DNA of 64,000 nt from Selaginella moellendorffii (taxonomy: Eukaryota > Plantae > Lycopodiophyta): contig NW_003314284.1 of assembly GCF_000143415.4 (NCBI RefSeq), positions 1,869,715 to 1,933,714 on the forward strand, given 5' to 3'. The first letter of the stretch is position 1. Every line of letters begins with the position of its first letter. Shown in pieces: positions 21,030-33,559 of the stretch. The notes under the pieces are model-generated. The model worked only from the letters and a program-made list of their open reading frames with translations. It had not been told where the DNA came from and ran no database searches. The translations under genes were made by a program, and so were the position numbers.

Positions 21030-24000
21030 AGCAAGGGAAGGAGAAATGCTTGCCAAGTTGGTCCTTTTATTCCTACTTTCTCTCCTTCCCAGTTTCATCA
21101 GGTAAGTTGCTATAAGTACAAAGGCTTTGGGCTAACTTCCGGTTCTCTTGCAGGGACTCCTTACAAGCTACAAACCTCCGGCCGCCTCGATCCTAGAGAA
21201 CCGATCTCCCCCCATAATTCACAAAGGTTAGGCGCTTGAGAAAGCTTTTAGCTCCACGGCTCTCTTACTGTCGCTCTCTCGCGCAGGGAAGATTACGAAG
21301 AATCTCCCGCTAGAAAAGGCAGTACGGTACGTCGATCTCGCGCTAAGTTGACTCCAAACGCTCGGAAAACAAGGCTTTGTTTTGTTCGTAGAGGGCTCAG
21401 CAGCTTTTCTTCCACAGGCACTGTCAATGCGGCCAAGATTCCTACGGATCCCGTCCGTACGTACGCTCCCCATGCATGATGGGTATGACCATATGGCGCA
21501 CGCATGGATGGGATGTATGGTGATGATGACGCGTGTCCCTTTAACTTAAATGAAGTTAAAAAGTTAGGTGGGGGGATGGAATATTCTCCGCCCTCTTTAC
21601 ACTTGGGCTTTGTTTTTCCGGACAGTATCTTGACCAAAACAAGGATGTTCTTTCGATGTTATGACTTTAGCTGGAAAGGTATGGAGAGCTTGTTCCATTC
21701 CACTTCGTTTTTTTAGGGTAGCTAGCCACGTAGAGGGTTTACAAAGCAACCAGCAAAGTGCGGTGGAGTTATAGAGAGAATAATCCACGGAAACCAGTCC
21801 CAAATCGTACGTAGTTTAAAAAGACCTCATGAGATTCGTGAGATTCCCCATACGGACGATACGGGCATTAGCTAGAGACGCTAAGAGCTACAAACATAAC
21901 TTAAGTTTTGCCGGATTGAGATAGATCGCTGCCTTGTAAGTGGGTTTTTCTTATTCGGCATTGTAGTTTTGTATGGTTCTATCCCCTTCCTTGGGCAGAA
22001 GCTTGCAGCTTGACTGTGGAAGAGTCTACGAAGAAATGTGGCAGAGGTGAAGAGGAGAGAGATCAGGAAGCAGCAGCAGATGCCAGGGATGGGCATTTAG
22101 AGCTGCCGACGGCTCGGTCTCGCTGCGGTGACGAGCTGTACTTGTGTGTAGTGACAAATATGCCCGAAACTTTTGTTCTTCTGGGCCTTTGTGGATGATT
22201 GAGACACCCCCGCCCTTCTTTAAAACTCGCGCAGAGAGAATGGATTGTCAACAAAGGGTGACGTATTTGACGGCCGCTTGACCGTTTTTGACTTCCAGAG
22301 ATTTGCTTACGATGCTAAGTGTGAATTTAGTTTGTAAACGCTCAAGAGTATAGTAGTGTTTATAGAAGAACATATGTTTATCGAGGAAACAGCTAGAACA
22401 GAAGGAGACAAAGAGACAGAGCTTCTGGAACAGGATGGTGGTGGTGGAATCAAAAGCATCACACAAAAGCAATAGAGAAAAGAGAAACTAGCCAACGTCG
22501 TCTGGCACAGCGCTCAAGTTGCAGGGACCTTTTGGATCGTCACGTTTGAGAAGCCCGACTTAAACATTGGTTGGGATTATATTCAACATCAGGCATCGCA
22601 ATGCCGTGCACAGGACAGCTCTCTTGAGCTGATAAGAAAACGAAAGGAAAGAAGAAGAAGAAGAAGAAGAGGAAGAACCCTTCTGAAAACGCCACCCAAC
22701 ACACAAACACTCTTGGATGATGCAAGCCACCATTGCGGAAAATAGACCTATTCTCCATACCGTCATTGTCCGTGAACAGGCCAGTGGCATTGACCCCTGT
22801 TGCCCAACAGTTGGATTTGAAATGCAAACACCAAGCTTGTCTTTAAGCTGGCTGGCCTGGGAAAGTTTATATAAGTATGCATACTGACACAGACGACCCG
22901 GCCCAGAGTTTTTTCTTTCTCTCTGTTTCATATAGCTATACGAGAAAACAACCCAATGAGCCAAGGATGTTGACGATCCATCATGATCGATCTCTTGGGG
23001 TGTTTCTTTGCAGAGGTCTTGCAGGAGCTCTGGCAGTCGCAGCTCCCAGTGCAAGCGCAGTGCAGTGCAGTGTCCAGCCAGAAGAAAGCCCACCGCGGAA
23101 TTGATGAGGGGTTTCTTTGCTGCTGTCTCTCTCTTCTAGACCTCCTCTTTGGAGAGGAGTCAAAATCTGGGTTTAACAAGCACTACATCCAATCGTCATG
23201 GATGTTTATCGGGTTTAGCTTAGGCTAAGTGTAGGTGCCGGTTGATCCATGTATAGGCAAACAGTTTGGAGACAAACTGAAGCTTGTGAAGGTAATAAAG
23301 TATTTGCCTGTGTAGGGCAAATGTGGGGGCAGTTCAGACCAGCTAGACACAAAGCATATGAATCGTTTCCTTATCTGCTTCGGGAAAAGTTGTTTTTGTT
23401 GTAGTTTTATTTTCTTGAAGGGATAGAAAATGCAGAGTTTTACAGGAGTTTCATAGTGCAAATGCCTCAACTGGGCCAGCATCTCCACATCTTTGGAGCG
23501 TTCATAGATTTCTCGGCATTGAATCGAGCAGAAGAAACCAAAAAGGTGTGCAAAAATTTACTGCTGCTCCTTCTGGGGCCTAGAATGGCAGAGCAGAGAA
23601 GGTAAGCTAAATCTACCAAACGAAACAAAATACCTGCCATCCTCACGAAGAACAAAGCTCCAAAGGCTTCACCACCATTGGTGGCGTCAATACCCAAATT
23701 GCCCAATTAAAGGCTGCGCATCAAAATGCCCCAAAACGGAGTTGGGTGGTCATCCGTCGCACATCCAAACCCAGTTATGCTCGACCAAAAGTTTTCTGTC
23801 TTGGGTTCCAGGGGAAAGGCGGCGAAGACTTTTTTCTCTTTAGTTCGCTTGCTCGCTCTGGCTCTTCGTGTCCATTTGGGTTTTTCTAGCTGATAGGCCT
23901 TTTTTCCCCTGGTAATCTCGGGTTAGCGATTGGCACACTACGACCACCACCACCACCACCACTACCGCGACCTTTTTGACATACATCGAGAAAAAACGAG

Positions 24001-26327
24001 CGACAGCTTTCGCCCCACTTAAGTGACCTTACGCTCATCAATGCGCATGTCATGATTTGATGTCCGACCAACAACACCACAAACAGAGCCAGATTTTTTG
24101 TCACGAGCTCTTAAAACTAGGATCATCCGGATGATCTCCATCCAAATCTAGCAGAATCTGCCCGTGGTTTCCCGAAACCTTTGTTCCGGTTCTGGGCCGG
24201 GCCGGGTGGGATCTACGTGCAGAATCTCGCAAGGTTTGCAGTTCTTGTGATTATCATGGAGAAGATTCTGTCTGTACATGAACTCGGGTGTTGAAAGGAA
24301 CCAAAGGCAAAGGTGGTGAAATCGAAATCAGGTTGTACGTAGTAGGCTATTGCTGCATGATAAGATCATGGCGATGATGATTGAGGAATGCCTGAATAGA
24401 AACGATGGCGATCGGCTACGTTTCGTATGATTTCGCCTCTTTGATCAGCCGGCCTAAATTCGTAGTCGATATAAGATAGGCTAACTTGATCTTGCTGGTG
24501 CTGTTCTTGTTGTGTGTCCTCGTGTACGCTGTCAAGCGAGCCTTTAAAACACCGGCAAGATTGCTGTTCTCGACGATTGCTGCTGGCACAGCCCAAATTG
24601 ATTGAGGGGACTCGAGTCACACGTAGAAAACGCCCCCTCCACCCAGGTTGTTGCTCGTAAGGAAAATATCACTGGCAAAAAGAAACCCTATAAACTCTCG
24701 GCTGCTCTGAGCGCTCATCAGAGATGATTTGTTCTTGATAGCAACAGTGAGGATGTAATAACTACAAGGTGGCGGGGTGGAAAGTATATGGTTGGATTGG
24801 ATCAATTAAGTTCCTTACGAGACAAATGATTAGCTGCTCAGGCATGCTTGTTTGCATGACTGGCTGCTCTTATGAATATCTCCAATCAAATATTTATATC
24901 AATCAGATCCTCGGTGCTCCCAATTTCCCTCCTCTTTGGGAAGCGATCGAGAAAGGAGAAATCTGCAAATCCATAATGGGTTGCTCCAATTCTCCTTCAC
25001 GTATTTGTATACTCGAGAATATTACCCGAGAACATTCGCTCTCTCCGTCACCAAATTCCTTAGTTCCAGCCAGGGTTCTCTCTGAGCAAGCAGTAGTGGC
25101 TTTGTTCGATTTTCCAATTCATGGATGGGACGGAAACAGCAAAACGCAACAGAAGAGAGAAAGGACCTCGACTTAACTATTCCTCAATCCTGTTGCTGTC
25201 TTTAAATGAGACCCCTCATTCATTCATCATGTGTGAGTGTGTGTGTGTGTATGCGCGCTGCGCGAGCGAGTGTTGTGTGTATATGTGTGAGTGATGTGAG
25301 ATTCATAGACAGATAGATATACTATAGATGCTGATCATTTCACCCTATAGCTCTCTATAAACGAGATTCACAGATAGAGAGCTCTTCCCTGTCTCTTGGT
25401 CGCTGGTTCACAAACTTCCCGGTTTCGTAAGACAAACCCTTTGATCCCAGCCTATAGGTCGTGGAGCGCATTGGGGAACCCAAACAAAATGGAAGTGTAT
25501 GCATACGAGATCTATCAAACCTTCTCGTTCTAGTGTCCGCCTCCTTACCAGCAGCACGAAGAACTGGGTCGATGCTCCCAACATTGGAGCCTGTGTGCTT
25601 TCAATCACGCACTCTAGAGAGTTTTTTCTCCATAAAAAACCTCGGTGCTCGATTTCATAATGAGGTCAAAGAGGAAAGCTCAATCCACAGATCAATCGAT
25701 AGATATGTTTAGTATAGATATATGTCCTGAGGAATGATCAAGGAGTTTGGTCTAGGGCTCCTCGCAAGTTCGAGAAGTCAAAAGAGGAGCCTACGTTGGT
25801 TTTTGTTGGCCACCACCTCCAGCGCCTACGTAGACCACCCCCCGAGAAAAAGCGAAGCTCCACTTAGAACGTAAGCAGCCAAATTGGATTAAACAACGAG
25901 GGGAAGATTGGATCGACCTTTTTCTCCCTTGCGACGATCAAAACGACAAAAGGCAAACATGGATTCCATTTAAGAAATCCCAGCCCGGGTACTTCTTCAA
26001 ATGCATGAGAACCTAAAAACCATTGAGCTGTGTGTGACAATGGAATGAGAGAGAAATCTCACGTGATCTTCTAGATGATTTCTTTAAGGTCAGCCAACCT
26101 TTTTTGAGATTGTTTGAAGCTTCTAGCGGAGAAAGAGACTTGGCATATATATATTGTTTGACATGGTCTTTTCTTATCTTCCACTTCTTTCACCTTGCGG
26201 GGCTTGGCTTTGTGGTTGCAAAGGCGTAGTCAGAGCTCTTCGTGGAAATGTACAAAAAGAAGAAAGGCCGTTTGATCGCGAGGATTCCACCCCGACCAAA
26301 AAGAATGTTCGCTGGACGAGCTGGCGA

Positions 26328-26686
26328 TGACGTGGCGGGAGAGGGACGTGGCCGCGGGAGATTGGAGAAGACCATGCTCCTAGGCGCCAAGCCCATATTC
26401 TCCCACAAATTGCCGAGATAGGAGAGAGAAGAGAGGAGAGAGAGAGAGAGAGTAGTAGTAGTGTTTATACAAGGTGATGCTAGAGCTAGAGATAGTGTGT
26501 GTGCTTCGTCGCTCGCGCGGCCTTGTTGAGTTGATCCACCGGGGAGGGGCCAAAATTCGTGTCAAATGCTGGTGGATTTGGATCCCGTGTAGTTAGATTA
26601 ATAGCCTTTGCTTTTCTCCGAGAGCTAGCTCGCTTTCGCGGAGAAGGATCATTGCGACTCATTGTAGGAGCCTAGCTCTATATATT
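26328..26686 (+). promoter_or_regulatory. Putative SHI promoter: two ACGTGGC (ABRE/hex-type) elements and a TATA box
   Basis: TGACGTGGC 26328-26336, GACGTGGC 26345-26352, TATATATT 26679-26686, followed by a (CT)n leader tract near 26822-26846. Confidence 0.4.
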
Positions 26687-27370
26687 AGAGCGGGAGCTTG
26701 ATCGATCGAGGGGGAGGTGAAAGGAGGAAGAACAGGAAGGAATCTCGCCGTCTTCCCGGTTCTGTGGAAAAAGAGAGGAAGAGAGTTCCAAAGCAACGCA
26801 AAAGCATCTTATCTTACACTTCTTTCTCTCTCTCTCTCTCTCTCTCATTTTGCTCCAAATTCGAGCTGGCTGATGATGATGGTGTTGGATCCCGACGGCT
26901 ACTCCTCGTCTTCATTCTCTTAGGTTGTCCGTCGTAGCAAAAGCTCCACCGGGAACAGTAGATGCCACTACTGCCACTGCTCCATGACGATCGCAGCGAG
27001 GTCATCCGTGACTGTGTGAGCTAAGTACGAGCACGACCGATCGGTGGCTAGGAGGAGCATCGATCGAGGAGGAGGCGAGGAAGATCGAGGAGATCCCAGG
27101 TGTTTCTCAGCTTGATGATACCGTGACGACTAGGGAGTCTACATGATCTACCGGGTACTCGACGAGAATTCGTTTGATCTTGGACCACGATATAGGAATT
27201 GCAGTGTTGTTCTTGGAGGTCGTGAACTTCTCCCCGTGAGATCGTCGTAGCTGGGCTACATAGCAGTAGTACTACCACTGCTGCTGCGCTGCTTGACCCG
27301 AGTTCTCTGGCAGCTCTAGATCACCGCGGCGAAAAGGAGAAAAAGAATTCTTTCGTAGCTCCCGGGCTGA

Positions 27371-29678
27371 ATTCCCTGCGATGGTCCGACGAGTCTAGCC
27401 CGACAAAGGAATCGTACCGCCGGGAGAGAGGAAGCAGTGCTCGCGGAGAGGGCGAAGCTAGCTAGAGAGATTGTTTATGCATTTCGATCAGCACAGGAGA
27501 AGAATCCAGCAGCGGTGGCGCCTGCTGTGGTGGAATCACGAACCGGCAGTAGCACCACCACCCGGGACTTGATCGGCGCAAGCAGCAGCGGCGGCGGCTC
27601 CTCTACTCCACCATGGATCGTTCCTTCCTCTCGAGATTGGCTGCTGGATCCCGGCGGCCCCGGCGAGCACGATCACCACGGGGGTGTCATCCAGTCCGCG
27701 GCGTCGGGCGCTGGCGGTAGCGATGGATGGGGCCGCGCGGTCGGCTATGGCTTCGTGGGGAGTCACCCCAGCCCTGGCGACGGCGGATTGGGGCCGGGAG
27801 GAGGTGGCGGTGGCGGGGGTGGTGATAGTGGCGGTGGCGCTAGCGGCCTCGGACTCGCGCCTCACCACCACCTCCATCTCCGCGACATCCTTGGCCGCGG
27901 GCCAGCGTCGGAGGAATTCGGATACCACCAGCAGCACCAACAGCACCAGCGAGCGAGCTTGCGAGGATCCAGCGAGCATGCGCACCACCATCACCACCAC
28001 CCGGGCGAGCAAGGCGGCGATCAGGGAGGACAGGGATCGCGAGTGGCGAGCTTCGAGGCGTACGAGACGACGCGCAATGTGGGAGGGATTGGGCTGCTCC
28101 GGACGGGGCTCGAGGCGGCGGCGGCGGCGGCAGCGGGCGGTGCGCCGGATCCCAAGTCGTTGGCGGATCATCCCCACCACCACCACCACCACCACCACGC
28201 GCCGTGGGCATCAGCGCCACCACCATCCGTGCGCGAATTGTCCGGTGCGCGGGGAATCGACGTGGTGCCGCTGGCGGAGCGCTTCTCCCTGGAAGCGGCG
28301 GCGGCGGCGGCGCAGGAGAAGAATCCTCATCCCCTCCAGCTCGTCCAGATCCAGGGCGGCGCCCAGCAGCAAGCACAGCAGAATCCCATCACCAGCGTCG
28401 CGCTCATCCAATCCCAGAATCCAAGCCCCTCGCAGCAGCAGCAGCAAGGCACGGATTCTTCGTCGTCGCGGCCTCACGGGCGCGGCCACCAGCCCGGCGG
28501 CGCGACGTGCAAGGAATGCGGCAACCAGGCCAAGAAGGACTGCCAATTCCAGCGCTGCCGGACGTGCTGCAAGAGCCGCAACTACGATTGCTCCACCCAC
28601 GTCAAGAGCACCTGGGTCCCCGCCGCCAAGCGCCGCGAGAGGCAGGCGCTCGAGGCGGCCGCCATCGCCGCCGGCCAGCCCCGCCCGAGATCCAAGCGCA
28701 CGAGATCCTTGGCGCTGGGCGGAGGATCCTCGTCCGCCGCCGCCCAAGTTGGCGGTGGGATGACCGCCAATCCTTCGTCGCTGCTGGGCCTGCCCGGGCC
28801 CTCGTCTCCCCGGAGCTCCGCGGATCTTCCAGGTTGGTCTCTCTCTCCCTCTCTCTCATTCCTCCATCTCTCCACTTCAGCTTTTTCTTCCATAGCCAAG
28901 CATGGTTTTGAATGATCGTGGATTGGATCCTTTCTCTTTGTTTGTGTTCTTGCGGCTGGGTTCGCAATCGTGATGGTTGGATTGAGTGCATGCGTGGGGA
29001 ATTTGGAGGCGGTGGCTGTGATCGTGAGGTTTGATTCGCCTGATGATAGAGGCAGCGCGCCCGCGCTGTCTCTAGTTATGACTGCATTCATGGATGCATT
29101 GGAATCCAGGAAAGCCAGGATCCGGGATTGTGATTGATTGATGGCTGCCTGGGCTTGATTGGATCGATCGAGAGCTCCCGAAGATATAGCGCTCGCCCGC
29201 TCGCTCGAATCTTGGCATTGCACCATCTTTTTTCTGCGATCTTAGAATGCCCGAGCGCTCTCTCGCTTTGTCGTTAACAAGCAACGTTGGTGACACAGTA
29301 TTCCTACCTTTGTACACTGCAGCGTCCAGTTACCGCGGCGTTCTACCGCCCGAGGTCCGCGCCCAGGCCCTGTTCAAGTGCGTCAAGGTGACGGGCATCG
29401 AGGATGGCGAGAACGAGTACGCGTACCAGGCGACTGTGAAGATCGGTGGTCACGTCTTCAAAGGCGTGCTGTATGATCAAGGCGTCGAGGCTCCCTCCGC
29501 CGCGGCTGCTGCTCCCGCGGCTGCTGCTCCGGGTGGTGTTGCTCACCAGGCCGCTCCCATCGCCGGGCTCGCGGATCTTCAGCTGGGAGCCAGCCGGAGT
29601 AGCATGCCTTCGAGCTCCGGGTACCTTGACCCCTCACAGATTTACGGCTCCACTACACTTTTCGGAGGTATGGCGTAG
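27371..29678 (+). CDS. SHI: SHI/STY/SRS-family transcription factor (RING-like zinc finger plus IGGH domain); start codon unresolved
   Basis: [46 protein letters not shown] from 28508; intron 28833-29322; [18 protein letters not shown] in exon 2. The start given is the first open codon after TGA 27368-27370; no in-frame ATG occurs until 28760. Confidence 0.93.
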
Positions 29679-30713
29679 ATTCCAGTCCCAACTCTTGCTT
29701 CTTTTTGCTTTTCTTCTTCTTGCTTTTCTTCTTCTTGCGTGAGTCGTGTTTCGTTTTCGATAGTTCTTTGCTCGAGTAGGTTCTCTTTAGCAATTGGTTG
29801 TGAGAGTTTTTGGAAGTGTAATTGCGTGGAGTTCTTGCCTGCTTTGAGTTGTTTGCTTGTGTAGAGTTCTCTGATTGAGATGGCTATTGTTTTTAGTTTA
29901 AGGTGGTGGTGGATAAAATGGTGTTACGCTTCCTTAGTGCTTGGAATGTTCCACGTTTTTTTTTTCGGTTTTTGCGTAGATCTTAGAAGATCTTAGAATT
30001 GTTTCGATGTTTTGCGAGGTGTTTGACTTGAAGCGTGCGTGATGTTTTCCTGGCTTTATTTTTTTTTTTCGAGCAGAGTTAAAATGGTTTTCTGGTGTAT
30101 TAGATTTGCTGGTTTTTTCTTCTGCATCGATCTGACTAGCGAAGTCCCAGAATTTGCAGCGCGGAACTTTTGCTGTTTTTTTTTAATCATTTTCCTGTCT
30201 TTTTTCTCTTGGATTTTGATGTTCCTGACGAACTTTGTCCCCTTTTTGCAGCCCTCCGCTGACTGCTAGAGGAGAAAACTTTCATACTCTCGACAAACAA
30301 TTGACACAGACTTACACCGAAAACCAGCTGCGACATTATTTACCTCTCGTTTTTCCTCCCCGAGTTCTCTCGTTCTTCCTCCCAAGAGCTCGGGAAGATC
30401 TCTCGGATGAGTCCTCGCGTGGAAGATCCAATCCATCTCTCAACTTTCCTCCATCTCATGAAAACGCTGCTCAAAATTTTGGATACATTGAGGAGCTCTT
30501 CTTCTACTATTGTACTTAGAAACTATTTGACCCCCCATACATAATTTTTTTCTGTTGTCCAGCATGCCAGGCCAGGGATCGAACTGGCGACTTGTCCTTG
30601 TATTCTCTCTTTCCACTAGTAGAGTTGTAGGTTAGGGTTTGGGGGATTTCGGTGGATGGAAGCGACGACATCCTGGTAGATCTTGCTCCAGGAGGGAAGA
30701 TCGATAGGCGCGA

Positions 30714-33006
30714 ATGGATCCGCAGCTGCATTTCCTGCTGGGATTACTATCATTGTGCTGCTGCTGCGCGGCTTTGACTCTCGGATCTGGCCGCGCCTTG
30801 CTTGATGCAGCTCACTCGTACAATGATGGCGATAAGGTGCCCCTGTACGCGAATAAAGTCGGGCCTTTCCACAACCCGAGGTATGGCTGGCGAGAGATCT
30901 TTCTTTTCGCTGCTAGATTTGAGAGCGAAGTAGTTCTTTGCTGGGAATTCTTTTCGTTTTCTGAGACAAAAACGTGGTTTTCTTTTGTTTTTCTTGTTTA
31001 GCGAGACTTATCAGTACTATGATCTTCCATTCTGTGCTCCCGCGGAGGTGAAGCACAAGAAAGAAGCCATGGGGGAGCTTCTTGAGGGAGATCGCCTGGT
31101 GTCCACTGTGTACGAGATTAACTTCAAGGAGAAGAAGGACGTGCAAAAGCTTTGCTCGGCAACTCTCGACAGGAAGGACAAGGAGCGGTTTCGCAAAGCT
31201 GTGGAGAATGACTATTATTTCCAGGTGACGGAACTGTTTGGTGACCCTTACTGATTTTCTACTTTGGCTTGTAGATGTTCTTCGACGATCTGCCGCTCTG
31301 GGGATTTATTGGAAGGTTTGAGCTCTTTGATAAACAAAAGCACTACATGCTGTTCACTCACGTCCACTTTGAGGTTCGCTATAACGGCAAGCGAGTGATT
31401 GAGATCGCTGTTTCTACAGACCCGGCTAAAGCCATCGACATCACGAATGACGATCCAGTCCCAGTTGACTTTACATATTCCGTCACCTGGGCCGAAACTA
31501 CTGTTCCATTCGAGAGGCGAATGGAGAAATACCAGAAGTACTCGTTTCTGCCACAACATCTTGAGATTCACTGGTTCTCTATCGTCAACTCGTGTGTTAC
31601 GGTTCTTCTGTTAACGGGGTTCCTGACTACGATTTTCATGCGAGTATTGAAGAATGACTTTGTCAAGTAAGTTCATCCATTGGTTTGATTTCCAGCTGAG
31701 CCTTGATCTTTTTTCTTGTTCTTCATCTAGGTACGCCAAGGAAGATGAAGAAGATTCGGACGAGACGGGATGGAAATATATACATGGTGATGTCTTTCGA
31801 TTTCCTCCTCATCCAAAGTACGTCGCGTCTTGTACATGAACTGAAGTCTAACGTTGTTTTTACGCTTCGCAGTGTTTTTGCGGCGGTCATTGGAAGCGGC
31901 ACTCAGCTCCTGGTTCTCGTCTTTTGCGTCTTCATGCTGGCCTTAGTGGGAGTATTCTATCCATACAACCGTGGCTCCCTCAACACGGCTTGCCTCATTA
32001 TATATGCGCTTACTGCTGGCATTTCCGGCTACGTCTCCTCCAAGTTGTACAGGCAAATGGGGGGAGATAAATGGGTAAGGCAAAATTGCTGTGACTTGGA
32101 AGCTCCTTCTCATGGTTGTTCTTTTCAGGTTCGGAATTTGTTATTGACAGCATCATTGTTTTGTGGGCCGCTGTTCTTAGCCTTTTGCTTCAACAATTCT
32201 GTGGCTATCGCCTACAATGCTACTGCTGCACTTCCCATTGGTACAATTCTTGTCATCACAATCATTTGGGCTCTCGTGACGCTGCCATTAACTGTGAGCG
32301 CCATAACTTGCCGTCCTAAACGTGTATTCATGAAGTACTTCCTTAGGTTCTTGGTGGAATCGTTGGCAAGAATAGCAAGGAGGAGTTTTATGCTCCTTGC
32401 CGGACAAATAAATTTCCTCGTGAAGTTCCATCCTTGCCGTGGTTTAGGAGGACTATTCCCCAGGTAAATACCATTACTTGGAAGACTCTCGGGGTTATTT
32501 ATCCGTGATCCCTTGCAGATGTGCATGGCAGGATTTCTCCCGTTTAGTGCAATCTACATCGAGCTTTACTATATATTTGCGAGTGTGTGGGGACACAAAA
32601 TCTACACGATTTACAGCATACTTTTTGTGGTGTTCATCATACTGATAATCGTCACGGCTTTCATCACCATCTCTCTGACGTACTTTCAGCTGGCCATGGA
32701 GGACCACACTTGGTGGTGGAGGTAAGAAGCAGTACCTGTCTATGCAAGCAGTTTCATACTGATTCTGTTGGCATGCATCGTGCCAGGTCCATTTTTTGTG
32801 GTGGCTCGACCGCTTTCTTCGTCTACGGCTACTGCTTCTACTACTACTTCGCCAGGTCTGATATGACCGGCTTGATGCAGACATCGTTCTACTTTGGCTA
32901 CATGGCATGTGTCTGCTATGGCTTTTTCCTAATGCTCGGTACTGTCGGCTATCAAGCGTCTCTCCTCTTTGTTCGACACATATACAAGGCAATCAAGTGC
33001 GAGTAG
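30714..33006 (+). CDS. Transmembrane 9 superfamily member (EMP70/TMN), multi-exon
   Basis: Signal peptide; motifs [39 protein letters not shown] and [16 protein letters not shown]; C-terminal IYKAIKCE (KxD/E motif). Confidence 0.96.
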
Positions 33007-33559
33007 GGAAGTAGCAACACCACTGAGATCAACCAAAACAGAAGGCACGGTTGAAGAGGTCTCTTAGAGTGTAAGCAAGTTCTTTTTTTTCTCATGGCAA
33101 TCTCAAACACAGTTCTTACTGATGGAAGCGTTGCTCCTCCTGTTGTTCTCGTGCACCTGTGGTAACTTTTTCTTTTCCGGTGCAGGAGCAGAGGAAGCAG
33201 AGCTCTGGAATTATGCGGAATTGTCGCTTATGGTAGTGACAGGAATCCCGTGAAGGTGAACATAGTTCAGAGATTAACCATTGGTCGAGTACGAGGTGGA
33301 TGGGTCTTTGTGTTGTTCCACTACCGCTTACTAGAGTCGTTTTCTTTAAACGTTTTGCTAAACGTTACACCACTCGGCTGCTCGTCTACCTGCTTTGATT
33401 CAACAGGTGAAGGAGATTGTGATGGTCATCAAGTCGAGTGACTGTCAATCTTGAATGGATCTCTTTTAGTGCTCCATTGAATGATACGTAAGTGCGTATT
33501 GATTTTTAGCTGTCTTGGTCTTCTCACTCTCACCTGTTTTAAGCAGATGAAGCGAAGCG

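Noticed and set aside
22957-23000. miR169-like TGAGCCAAGGATG with a short fold-back
   Set aside because: Only the 5' 13 nt match, the 3' end diverges, and the hairpin is too short and irregular for a precursor.
27684-28763. 359-aa alternate-frame ORF with ATG 27723 as the true SHI product
   Set aside because: It lacks the zinc finger and is Arg/Thr-rich, as expected for a frameshifted reading of Ala/His/Gly runs.
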